A stretch of DNA of 64,000 nt from Seison nebaliae (taxonomy: Eukaryota). How positions within the stretch are numbered: the stretch's first letter is position 1; each line of letters begins with the position of its first letter. The translations under genes and the position numbers were made by a program. Where the stretch lies: the NCBI GenBank assembly GCA_023231475.1, contig JALJEE010002839.1, forward strand, positions 1-64,000, written 5' to 3'. Under the pieces are notes generated by a model. That model did not search any database. It worked only from the letters and a program-made list of their open reading frames with translations, and was not told where the DNA came from. Below are positions 51,260 to 64,000 of this stretch, piece after piece.

Positions 51260-53722
51260 TTATTTCGATATCTGCCAACTCTTACCTCTCTTCTCCAAAC
51301 TCTCACTCGGCATCGATTTCGTCAATTGTCCACTAGCATCATAACGACTGCTACTTAGTAAGCTTCTTAACACTTGTTCTCGACCTTGTAACGAATAATC
51401 GAGAGCAGCGATATTTCGAGCAGTTATCATATTCTCGCTATCACTATTCGAATCAGCTCTCGTTGAGATGGAAGAGACTGCATTCGCTTTCCCAAACGAC
51501 GGTGTATTACACGAAGGAATCGGCGATCTTTCTCGAATATCCGTCAAAGAGAACTCACTTTCAACCACAGTATTTTTATCTATTTCAAATGTTTGTCGTT
51601 CCGTACTCGTTTTCTTTTCCGTAGGTATTCTCGACTCGACATATGTTGAAATTTCCGAGAATTCCGTACGGTTTGCTGTCGTAGAGATTACCGTCCCAGT
51701 TTCAATAAAAGCCTTTACTATATTCACTGCATTAATCACCGTATCATCGAAATTATCTACATTTCTTATAATTAATTTACAACACGAAAATGAGAGTTCG
51801 AACCACAAGAGATGATGTTATCAAAATAGCCGCTATTGTCATCATGAAAATCTCGATACCATTTCACACATTTTACCACTTCCTCTACATTGAAATTTGT
51901 TCTCGTCAAATTATTTTGATATTTCAAAATGTTAGTGGGCAGAATTAGAATGGCGGTTGGTTTGAAATGAGTTTGTCTCCAAGACAATAGTCCCTTTAAA
52001 AAAAAGAGAAGATATTCTCATTAATTTTTTAGAAACAAAACTTACTTCCAACGCACAAAATGTTAAAATTGGACTTTTTGTTAGGGCGATCGTCTCCAAC
52101 GTTTCATATTGTAATCCATACCAATATTGTTTATATTTATAACAACAGATAAATTTTCCCTAAAAATTTCATGAGGGAAAGAAAGAAATTCCTTATTAAC
52201 TTTTCTCATATCTGCCTCGAAAGTTGACTCATCAGTTAGAATATATTTATCACTTGCAAATTCCGTCGTTTCTTCAGTGTGAGTTGAATGAAATTTACTA
52301 GAAAAAATTGTAGAAAAAATTCTTTTCTTCACAAATTAAAAGAGAACGCCAATTGGAAGTAATCAGGAAATTCCCGTAGAATGTTGAGACAAATTTCATG
52401 TTTGAATGTAAATGGCGGTCCGATCAACGCCACAATCTTATAATGATCATTTGGGTCAGGTAAAGTAGTTTCTAGAACCGAATGATCTTGTATGAATCTC
52501 AGCACCACATTAGACATGTGGTCTCTTATGGCTAAATATTGGATATCGGGTGCAAATGTATTTTTAGCCATTACCTATTTTTACAATACTATGAAATTTG
52601 AGATGATGATATTAACTTTCTCTTCAATCGATACAGGTTTATAGTCTAAATCAGTAATCTTTGGCAGTTTATGAACAACGATTATTCGATAATCTTCAAA
52701 CAGAGCGATGGAATTGCCATGAATTCTCAATTTGCGTAATAAACGGAAATTGTTTAAACGATCCAAATCGCTGAACATGTCCAACTTGAATTTGAATTAA
52801 ATAAATTTGAATGAATTGAAATTTAACCTGATTATTCTCTAATCTCAATTCCGTTAATATGGGCAATTTTTGAGGTATTCCAATGAGAGAGATTAATCGA
52901 TTATTCGATAAATCCAAATATTGCAGATTTGGCAATTCATCCAAATTATCGACTTGTATAATTTCATTAAAACTCTATTGAAAAGTTCAATGAATTTTCT
53001 TTGAAAAAATTACAAACCAAATCCAAAAATTTTAAGGGACAACGTTCGATACACGGAATCCGATTAATACGATTATGAGAGAGATTGAGTGATCGAAGTA
53101 GAATCAATTCACTAATTCCTGTTATGTGAATTATATTGTTGTGACTGAGATCGATCACTTCTAAAAGACGAAATGATGCTAAATTTGGTATTTCTTCGAT
53201 GAAATTATGAGAATATAGTGCCACTTTCAAATTGACTGGTGGGGAGAAATCAAGGAATTTTATCACTCGATTATGTGAGAGGTTGATGGTTTGGAGATTA
53301 GTTAGTTTTCCTAACACCTCCGTATCTACATTTAAGTTCTATGAGAATTATTCGAACAAATCATAAAATTTACCACTAATTAAGTTATTACTCAAATTCA
53401 CCGTTTCCAATCCCGGATATGATTCTAGGATTGAAATATCTGTTAAATGTTTCCTCTAAATAGTTAAATAGATTTAGAATTCATATTGAGATATTTTCCC
53501 AACCACCAAATCTAATTTTCTATATGTTTCCATCGTTCCATCATTCGATAGTTCTAAACATTCCAAATTGTCCATTACTGTCAACTTGTTTAACTTAACT
53601 CCACGATGATTTGTCGTCTCCTTTTAAAAGAATTAATATTTTTGAAACTAATCCTATCAAATGAGAACTGGTTGTTTTGGTGGTTTCTCTTGTTCCTGGT
53701 CAACTTCTGTATTTGCAGCCAT
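51260..53722 (-). CDS. LRGUK: Leucine-rich repeat and guanylate kinase-like domain protein, about 10 exons
   Basis: SDS22-type LRRs (INLSHNRV, IDLSHNNI, LNLSHNRI, LDLSNNRL), LRR cap (YRIIVVHKLPKITDLD), then degenerate GK (IVALIGP...ILREFPDYF). Confidence 0.8.
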
Positions 53723-54519
53723 AATTTAGTAGACAACCGAAACCGTTTTTCTCAGTCAATTTTCTTCAGTTATCTTTTCCCGTTGACATAGTAGCAGAGA
53801 GAAGAGGAAAGATAAATCAAATTTATTTTTTTCCCTAATCACAAAATATTTACGTCTCATTTTTTAGCTTCAATTAGTCGACGTAATAAATTAAAAAAAA
53901 ATTACCATAAACATAAATTATCACGTTTAATTTTTGTTCAATTGAACATTTCTAATCGGTCTTCGCAATATTGTAGAGAGATTGGAAATAGAGAACATTA
54001 AGGAAATTGGAGAGATTTTATTTATCGCATTCATTCAGATTTATTTGATAAAAACAAAGACAGGAAAAATGAGTTAAAGATAAATGTAAATGAGAAATCA
54101 AAAAAATTTTCTTCTTTTCAAAAACGTGATAATGATTCATTGTGTGTTTTCGGTTTGAGATGAGATAAATTAGATTTATAAAATTTTTTCTTTTCTTTTA
54201 CGGAGAAGTGGCTGCTGCTCCAATTGAAAATAGCAACTGTATATATCACTCATTCTCACAGTGATAGAGGAGATGATGAGCATAGATCTTGTTTAAGCGA
54301 AACAGAGTGTTGAGAATTGACGATGTCCGTTGATGGAATTCGTTCAAGTGATGAATTAAGGAGAAGGTTAAGATTAAAAAGTAGGAGAGGAAAAGAAAAG
54401 AAATTATTTTGAAGAAGAAAACAAAAAATGATTTTTTTTTCTTTTTCACATCTAAAAATTACTACAAAAATTTTTTGAGAAATGTTTTTGTGAAGATAAG
54501 AAATTCTTCGATCTTTTTC

Positions 54520-57500
54520 TTATTCGATAATATTGACGTGTAAAGAGAATGCAGCAGAAATTTCTACTCCTTCTTTATTCGAACATAATATATGATATTG
54601 TCCACCGTCAGTTGCTAGAGCTGCGGGAATCTTCAAACTGAATTTACCTTCGGATTGTTTGATGAATTGTAGTCTGATATCTGGATCTTCCGGATCTAAT
54701 TCCCTTGCTTCATGATACCATTTCACTAAAAAGTTTTGATTAGAAGCAGAAGAAGATTTAAAAGAAATTACGAACCGCTGAATGGTGCACTTCCACTAAA
54801 TTCGCAATCGAATGAAATTGGTGTTGCTTCTTCAACTGTTAAGGAGGTTGGATAAGTGATGAATCCAGGATCAAAATCTGGTGCATCTAATGCTTTTATA
54901 TTGATGATGCATGAACTCATTAAAGCGCCAATGGGATTATATGCTTCGCATGAGAATACTCCCGTATCTTCTGGAAATACTTCGTTCACTATTAATTGAT
55001 ATTCATTTCCATTGTGAACTCGTTTGAAATCTGGATTATCTGGCACTTCTTTGTCATTTCTTAGCCATACGATTTCCGGTGTTGGATTTCCTGTTACCAC
55101 ACAAGACAGTATCATTTCTTCTCCCTCATTTATCGTTCGACTGGTCAAATGTTGAGAGAATTTTGGTGGTTCTTCTTTCTCATTTGCAACAACCGGTTCA
55201 GGTTCTTTTTTCGCTTCTGCACGTTTTTCATCATCAATTTTTTTTGGTTGTTCGTCGATAATTTTTTCAGGTTGTTCACCATCAATTTTTTCAGGTTGTT
55301 CACCGTCAGTTATTTCAGGTTTGATATCATCAGTTTTTTTTGGTTGAACGTCATCAGTTTCCGGTTGTTTATCGTTAGTTCCGGGTTGAATTTCAGCATC
55401 AGTTTGTTCAGTAATAGCAGATTGGATTTCAGTTTCAGTTTTAGGGATATCATCAAGTTGTTTTGCAGATGATCCACCTAAACGAATGAGAATGGAAGAA
55501 AAGAGAAAGAGAAAGAATAATATAATGGGTTACAGGTAGGTAGTAAGAAAATTGTGAAATAATATGAGAATTCTTTTAGGAAATTAAAAAAAAAATCTAC
55601 GAAAAATCTAAATAATAATAATAAAGAAATTTCCTTTCAATAGCCGAAGGAGATTTCTCATGCACATTCCAGTTTGACTAATAAAGAAAACATTAAGAAA
55701 ATTGTTGTTCATTCAAATAATTTTATTCGATTATGAGATGAGAATACTAAAACTAGGAGAGAAAATGTCAAAGAATTAATTTGAGATCATTATGAAATTG
55801 TATTTTTTTTTCAATTATCTTTTTTTCATTCGGTCACTAAATTTTGCTGGTTTTCATCAGAAATGACCACTGTCGGAGGAGATGACGGTGATTTAGGTGG
55901 TTCTCCAGATGAATCTAATACTAATTTGGCGGGAGCAACTAAAAAAGATGATGAAAAGAAAAAATAATATTGAGACAATCAAAATATTTGAATTCGGTGT
56001 TAAATTAGTTGAATGAGTTAAAAGTGTTTGAGAATTCGCATGACAAAAAAAGAATGAAATGATAGTAAATTACGTACAATTTCAATAAAATAGAATTTTT
56101 ACCATAAAGTTTTTTGTTGAATTGACCAAGTTGAATAATTTTTTAAAAGAAATCGAAGTGAATTTTGTGGATGTAAGATAAGCGACGATAATAAGAATAA
56201 TAGGAACAAAATAAGAATTATATTTTCATGAAAAGAAATTTAGAAAAAATCGATTGAGATAATTTTCAATTAAGAATTTAATTTTTTTTGAAATCAAGGA
56301 AAATTAAACTATTTTTCTGATATAACTCAAAATGTTTTTCGGAGAAACTTATGGGAATAATTGAAGTTTCTTTTCAAATTAATTATTTCATTTAAATTTG
56401 TTTTGTGGAAAAAGGAAATTGAAAAGAGATTCAACTAACTTTTTAAGGAGAGATTTGCTTTGCAAACTTTCATGCCATCGTCATTGGTAACTTTGAGGGA
56501 ATATTCTCCTTCCACTTCCTCCATTACACTTTGGACAGTTAACGACGTACTCCAAGAATTATTATTAGCTGAACTAATAATCTATAAAAGTATTAGAAGA
56601 AAAATAGAAATTAGAATGAAGAGAGAAATTGAAAGAGAACTTTATAATTCTTCATTGACGATTGAATGATTTCTCCGTTATGATACCATTCCACTTTCGT
56701 ATGTTTGTTGTTTGGAGATTTGAAATATGAAGTGAATGTGATATTGGAACTACCTAATTTCACATTATGTTTATCTTCGACAGCTGTTGTGATTACTGGT
56801 GGCTCAGGTTCGACTTCTTCTTTTTCGATCGGATCATCTGATGAGAAAGTATGAGAGGAATATGATTCAGTTTTAATCATAGTTCCATCCTCCGTTTTGA
56901 TTTCTTCTTTCGAATAAGAGTATGATGAATTATCTTCAGATAATAATGATTTTGGTTTGATCAATTTAATGGGATCCTGTTCCACATTCACATGACATGA
57001 AGTTTCGTCTTCACCCAATTCGTTCACCGCTTTACATTTATAATTGCCAATATCTTCCAAAGAAGCATTGTTCACTTCAAGTGTAGCTACGCCTGCAGAT
57101 AACGATGTCTGATAACGAGCATCAGATCCTGTAATCTCTTTGGCACCTTTGTACCAACTAATTTTCGGGGCCGGTTTGCCACTAATACAACAAATTAATT
57201 TGAAGCCAACACCTTCTTGAATGAGACGTGGTCGTAATAAGAAAGTGAAAATGGGTTTACTATCAGGTTCTCTCCATAAATCGAACATCATATCTTGTGG
57301 TGGTCGTGATCGTGTAGATCTCCATGATTCATTTTCACGTTTTTCTTCCACTCGTTCAATGGGTTCGACATTTAAGAATACTGTAGCTTCTCGTTCACCG
57401 AATGAATTGATTGCACGTACTTGATATTCACCTTTGTCATCTAACGATGTTCGTTTGATGAGTAGAGTGAAATTGTTGTTTGAATATTTTTTCATGAATT

Positions 57501-60500
57501 TCGTCGATTGTTTCACTTCCAAATCATCTCGATACCATGAGACGACAGCGGGTGATGCAGCGACGATGATACAGAAGAAATCCGCCGTCTCATTCTCTTT
57601 CACATTTTTGTCTCTTGGACGAACAACAATTCTTGGTGCGGCTTCACGTCTATCAAAGTAGGAAGGATATAATGAGAATTCTTTCATTCTTAATCGTTTC
57701 AACCACGAGAATAATGATGAACGACCAATACCGATCCGATAAGGTGCCCATTCATCATATTTTTTATTTAAACGATGACGCAAATCATCATAGTGACTGT
57801 TGGGGATGGACATTGATGAGATATCATCATCTGGTACATTAAACCATGGATGATCAAGTGCTTGATGGACAGTTAAACGATCACCTTTGCCTTTGCACAA
57901 TAATTTTTGAATGAAATCTTTACAATTATCAGAAATATTTCCGAAATTGTTTGATGGGAAAGATGGTGCAGCTCGTCGAATATTATTCTTCATATCTTCC
58001 TCGTTGTCCGAATAGAATGGTGAGGCACCGGATAACATGGTGTAAGCTAATGCACCAGTTGCCCACATATCAGTATAAAAGCCGACACTATCTTGATCGA
58101 TTATTTCGGGTGCAGCAAATTCAGCATTTGCCGTTGATATTTTCACAATATCATCTGGATCGAGTTTGGAGGCTAATGAGAAATCGACTAATTTCAATTG
58201 ATCAGATTTATTCGAATTGAATACGAATGCATCTGGATTGATATCCAAATGACAAATCGAATGTTCATGCAAATCCTTCACTGCTTCCAATACTTGTTTA
58301 ATATATTTCCTCGCTTCAGCTTCCGTCATTTTTCGACTTGCATCAGCTAAACCATCCATCAATGATTTACCCGTTGGCATTTCAGTAACAATTACGATCT
58401 CGTCACCATGATCAAAACAATCATAAAGTTGAAGACATCCCGGATGTCTCATCTGATTCATGAGAGCTATTTCATTTCTTACCATAGCCTTTTCAGCTGG
58501 TGAATTGGTTGGAATGAATTTTACAGCAAAATTCTTTCCACTCGCCTTCTCAACACCTCTATGAGTTGCTCCGAATGGTCCCTTACCCAATTCTTCAAAA
58601 ATATCATAATAATCATAAACCGTCGCCTCTTTAGGTTCCACGTTTGTTGGTCGCCATCTATCAGATAAATTATGTTGCAATCTATCATAATCTGATGGTA
58701 CTTGATCGTCACGTCCTCGTTTCTTTCTACCTTCACTGTCTTCTCCATATGGAGCTCGTCGTGATCTAATTATTTCATCTTCTTTCGTCGTAACATGGGG
58801 TGATGATTTAGATGGTGGAGAACGACCATATGCATTTTCGGCGCTTACACGGAATTTATATGTTCGCAATGGCACCAATGCTTCAACATTATAAGTGTTG
58901 GATGTAGCTAGACCAGCACGTACCCATCCTACTTCATATTTATTATTTGTTTTACTTTCATCCTCCGTAATACCTTTCGGAACTTCTTTCTTCTCAACAA
59001 CATAAGCATAAATAGGTGAACCGCCATCATTGACAGGCGGAATCCAAGCTAATCGTACACAATCATCTAAAACCTTTTCCACTTTAATATCAGTTGGTGC
59101 ATCTGGTGCATCTAATACTCTAACATTAATTGTTGCAGTATCAGAACCTAAACAATTCTGCAAATTCACTATATATTCACCTGAATCTTCTACTTTAGCG
59201 TCTTTAATCGTTAACGTTACTGAACGTGGAGATAAGTCTTGAATTGTATGACCTGGTTGAAAGGATACAGGACTATCATCTTTTTTCCATTCCGATTTCA
59301 CTTTCGGACTTGCTACATATGGTAATTTGATTTTAATCGTTTCACCTTTTTGCACTATATACGGCTCAGTGAAACGTTCAGGTACTTTTATTTTTGGTGC
59401 GATTTGAATATGTAAATCGGCACGTGACATTTTACTTCCACCAACATTCGTCGCTCGAATGACATATTGATCCTCATCTTCTGGTTGCACATCATGAATA
59501 TGTAACCGATAAGTATCACCATCACGAGAGAACTTGTATTTGGGTGAATCGTATACCTCCTTACTACCACGATACCAATGTACTTCTGGTTTTGGATTGC
59601 CCGACACTTGAACTTCAAATGTCGCCGTCTTACCAGCAATTCCTTGTACATTCTCCAAAGTTCTAATGAACTTGGGAGAGATGGAGGCATTCGGATCACG
59701 AACAACAACTCCTAATCCTATCGTACACGGTTCAGAAAGACCGGCTTCATTCTCCGCCATAACACGGAATTCATATTTGCAATTTTCAGTTAAATTCGTC
59801 ACATTATAAATAGTTGGCAATGACAAATTCTTATTACAACGGATCCATTGTTTCGGATTATCAGGAATATCATTTCCTTCATCATCAACCGGAATTTCAC
59901 GTCTTTCAATTACATAGCCATTGATACCACCACCACCGTCACTTTTTGGTTTCTCCCAACTTAACGTCACGAAATCTCCTCCAACATCATTAGCTATTAA
60001 ACCAGATGGTGATTCTGGAGCATTAAACGGTAATTTAATCGTTACCGCTTCAGTAGTACATAATGGTTCACTGACACCATGAGGATTGACGGCACAAATA
60101 CGGAAATCATATTGATGATCTTCATATAAATGTGGAATCGTTATGTTCGTGTCTTTACATGCAGGATTTACTGTAATCCATTGATCTTCTGGTTTTGATT
60201 TATCATGTTTCTCCACCGTATAATGTGAAACACGAGCACGTCCATCATCTTTTGGTGCACGCCATTGTAAACGACAAGAATCTTTTGTAATATCGTTTAC
60301 ATCGATCGGACCTTGTGGTTGTAATGGTTTCGCTTGAACTTTCAAATTGAAACTAACATCATTCGTTCCACTATTATTTCCCACATTCAATTGAATGCGA
60401 CCTGAGTCTTCATGTTCAACATCTTTGATTAATAAGACAATACAATCATCTCCAATTACTGCTTTTACTTTATCACCATCAATTGGTAGCTTCTCACCAT

Positions 60501-63500
60501 CCTTTCGTAAATCAACATTCACTGGAGTTTTACTACTGAAGGGAATTTTTACTTTTAACGTTTCACCTTCTCCAACTGAATAATCTTGTGATAAACGATC
60601 CAATTTTGGTGGTACAATTACCGATAATTTAAACTCACATTCCTCTTTACCGATATCGTTGACTAAAACACATTTTAATGCAGACGAATCATCAGTTTCC
60701 CATACTTCAGGTATCGTCAATTTACCTTTAGTGCCGGTAGAAGTTATCTTATATTTACCACCATCTGATATTTGCATGTCATTCTTATACCATCGACATT
60801 CACCGACAGGATTCATTGTGAATTCACATTCGAATTCTGCTGCTCGATTTACTGGAATTGATGCTGATTCCGGTTTTTTCACGAATTCAGGTATCGTTCC
60901 TTTTATCGGTTTCTTAATCTTTATTTTTCCTGTGCTACTTGATGGTTCTCCTTGACCAGCTTTGTTCACAGCTTTTATTCGGAATTCCCATTCAGAATTT
61001 TCAGGTAAGTTATCCAACGTGACACTATCGCCAACTACTGGATAATCAGTTGCTTGGACCCAATCGCCACTTCCGTCAGTCGGTTTCTTTTCCACAATAT
61101 AACCTTTGATTTTCTTACCTCCATCTCGATTAGGTGGTGTCCATTTTAATTCAACAAAATTCTTACCAATTTCACCAACTTCTGGAGTGCCGGGTGATGA
61201 TGGTGGTACACAATCCGGTTTCAATTTGGCACTTACCGTGTCCAATGATGGTTTAGAGAATCCCATTTGATTCTTACACTTAACTCTGAAATCATATTCT
61301 TTATTTGGCTTTAATCCGTCCACATCATAATTAGTATCTCTTACTAGATATGGAGTAGCTTCTTCCCACATATCCTTTCCAGCTTCAGTAAATTCAACGA
61401 TATAACCTTGAATTTTAACTCCACCATCTTCTTTTGGTCTCATCCAACTCAATGCTACACTGGTCGGTGTTTGGTTGTCGATTTCTAATTGTCGTGGAGG
61501 ATCTGGTTTCTTCCATGGTGGAATTGCATCAACAGGTTGATCTAATTCTAATGGTTGTGAAACACCAAATTCATTTTCGGCACTTACTCGGAATTTATAT
61601 GGTTTTCCTTTCTCTAAACCGAGAACATCACAAGATGGTGTTCGAACGAAACTCGACACTTTCTCCCATTTTCCTGTTTGACAATTCTGTTTCTCAACAA
61701 CATAATTGGTCACAGGTGCACCATGAACATCTTTTGGTGTTTGCCATTCCAATGTGCAGGAATCTCCTGTCATATTATGAACTTCCAAAGGTCCTTGTGG
61801 TGACGAAGGTGCACCAACAACTGTAACATGGATAGTAACAGAATCGGAACCTAAATCATTTCTCAAAACAACATTGTAAATTCCTTCATCTTCCGTTTGA
61901 CAATTAGGGATGGTAATGGAAGCATCACCACCTGGATTACCAGGAATAGGTGATTGATTTGGTACAACTTCTAATTTACATCGATCATTCGACAATAATG
62001 TTTCGCCATCTTTTGAATAAGCTGCATTAGGTACTGGACTTCCACTGTATGGTACTCGGATTTTCATCACTTCTCCTTCCTTCACTCGTAATTCCATATT
62101 GCGGGAATCCATATTAATTTGAGGAGGACAATCTGCAGGAGCTGCTCGAATTGATTCTTCAGTTTCTTTCCATTTTCCCGTTCCTGCTTTATTAACGGCA
62201 GCTACTCGAAAATCATAATCTGTACCATCTTGTAAATTCTTGACGGTATAATGATTATCCAGAATTTCTCCATGAGATGCTTTTTGCCAATCTCGATCAC
62301 CTTTCTTCTTTTTCTCGACAACATATCCAGTGATTGGAGAACCGCCATCTCTAACCGGTTTCTCCCATGTCAATGAAATCGTATCTTCAGTATGTTCATT
62401 ACAAGTTGGTACACCACAACTCTCAGGTCGTTTGAATGGCCATTCGGCAGTTACTGGTTCATCAATAACTAATGGTTCTGATTGACCATATTGATTTTGT
62501 GCGATAACACGGAATTCATATGCAGTTCCTTCATCTAAACCTTTAATTGGTGCAGCAGTACCATGTTGGAGAGGAGCAGCTTTAACCCATTTGTCCGAAT
62601 CTTTCTCACGTTTCTCAACCAAATAAGTAAATAGATCATCACCACCATCTTCTTTCGGAGCATCCCATGTTAATTTACATGATTCTGCATCCATTTCACT
62701 TACCTTTAATGGACCTTCAGGTGCACTTGGTGAATCTAAAACTTTCACTTTTACAATCGCCACATTTTCACCTAAACGGTTCTTTAATTTTAGTTTATAT
62801 AATCCTGAATCACTTCGTTTTGCTCCTTGCGTGGTAAGATGAGCACAATTATCATCGAAATTGATATGAACACGATCATCCTGTGTTATTTCATCATCAT
62901 TATTTGTCCACTCTGTTATTGGTTTCGGTACGGCTTTAAATGGAATATGCATTTCAAAATCTTGACCAGCTCTAACAACAATGTCTTTCATGGCATCGAC
63001 ATCCAAGAATTCAGGTGGTGTCGGTTGATCTTCAATAACAACATACTCTGTCGCTTTTGAAGGTTCTCCTAAACCGGCCTTATCTGTTTTTGCTCTAACT
63101 CTAAATTGACAATTCTCCTTTTCAGGTAATCCGTGAACTGTTCCTTTGATTGATTGACCAATTGGTAATTTAGTATCGGCAGGAATTTCAGCGACCTTCT
63201 CCCAACCTTTCGCACCATCACCTCGTGTCTTCTTCTCAATAACATATTCGGTAATTGGTGAGCCACCATCAGATAACGGTTTATGCCATGATAACGATAC
63301 AGAATCTTTAGTTATTTCATCTAATCTAGGTTGATCTGGAGCATCTGCAGGAAATACTGGTGTTTCAGCTGTCTGTGGTTCAGACGGCTTACTTGGAGAA
63401 CCAGGTCCAGCATCATTGATGGCTTTAACACGAAATTCATAAACATTATTCTCTTGCAATCCCGTCACATTATAATCAGTTCCTGAACATGGATATGATG

Positions 63501-64000
63501 TAACTGGTTGCCATTCACGACCATGTTTATCTTTCATTTCAACAGTATAACCTTCAATGGGACTACCACCGTCATTATTCGGTTTCTCCCATTTCAATTT
63601 GATATTTCTTGGTCCATATTCAACAACTTCGGGTTGAGAAGGTGCTGATGGTGGATCGTATGGTGGTTTAACTACCACTTCCTTAGCTGTTTCAATAGGT
63701 TCTCCAACACCAAATATGTTTTCGGCACTTACTCGGAACTTATAAGCTTTATTCATTTCTAAATTTTTCACTTCTGCCGTTTGCATATTACTTCCGCTCG
63801 GTTTAACGATTGCATGACATGGTACCCAATCAGATGTTCCTTCCAAACATTTCTCAATCACATAATCAGTGACTTCAGCTCCGCCTGTCTGCTTAGGTGG
63901 TTTCCATTGTAACTTAGCCGAATTTTTAGTAGTCTCTTTAACTTCTAATGGTCCTTCACATTTACCTGGTTTATCAAGCACAACAACCGGAATTTCGATT
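54520..64000 (-). CDS. unc-22: Twitchin/projectin (unc-22-like) giant muscle protein, 3' portion; gene starts beyond the window
   Basis: Fn3-Fn3-Ig super-repeats (W.PP..DGG.PI..Y..E), titin-family kinase domain (VYDYYDIFEELG, AEFAAPE), regulatory tail (FDRREAAPR), C-terminal Ig domains. Confidence 0.93.
55225..55392 (-). repeat. Coding tandem repeat (about 7 units of 21-24 nt) in a twitchin C-terminal linker exon
   Basis: Units such as CAACCTGAAAAAATTGATGGTGAA encoding QPEKIDGE / QPKKTDDI / QPKKIDDE. Confidence 0.8.

Noticed and set aside
54198..54449. Extra twitchin terminal exon or small ORF
   Set aside because: The preceding exon already ends with a complete Ig domain and a stop; the region looks like 3' UTR.
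57221..63269. Many antisense and alternate-frame ORFs over twitchin (and similar ones over other long genes)
   Set aside because: Shadow ORFs of long coding exons with no independent domain signal.

Overview
AT-rich, gene-dense eukaryotic (invertebrate animal) genomic DNA with very short introns (about 40-60 nt); the species cannot be determined from the sequence alone. Left to right: an internally deleted Ty3/gypsy LTR retrotransposon; a tightly packed co-oriented trio DPH7 - PIG-P - RPA2-like (PIG-P is absent from the ORF track); meckelin/TMEM67; a single-exon peptide GPCR; a 64-aa membrane microprotein candidate; a divergent AHCYL; three nested TIR elements; an MPG/AAG DNA glycosylase (mostly absent from the ORF track); SLC13; NAP1; COA7; NDUFV1; ARFGEF/BIG; Ovo-like; LRGUK-like; and the 3' part of a twitchin/unc-22 gene. 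Most notable signals: (1) nearly all hand-modelled introns start GTT rather than GTA/GTG; (2) two related ~165-nt GC-richer structured elements (one intronic, one intergenic) with an Sm-site-like motif and a layout reminiscent of U2 snRNA; (3) a twitchin kinase domain with pseudokinase-type substitutions; (4) a 31-nt PIG-P/RPA2 intergenic gap. All gene models were built by eye and family assignments come from recalled motifs, not database searches.
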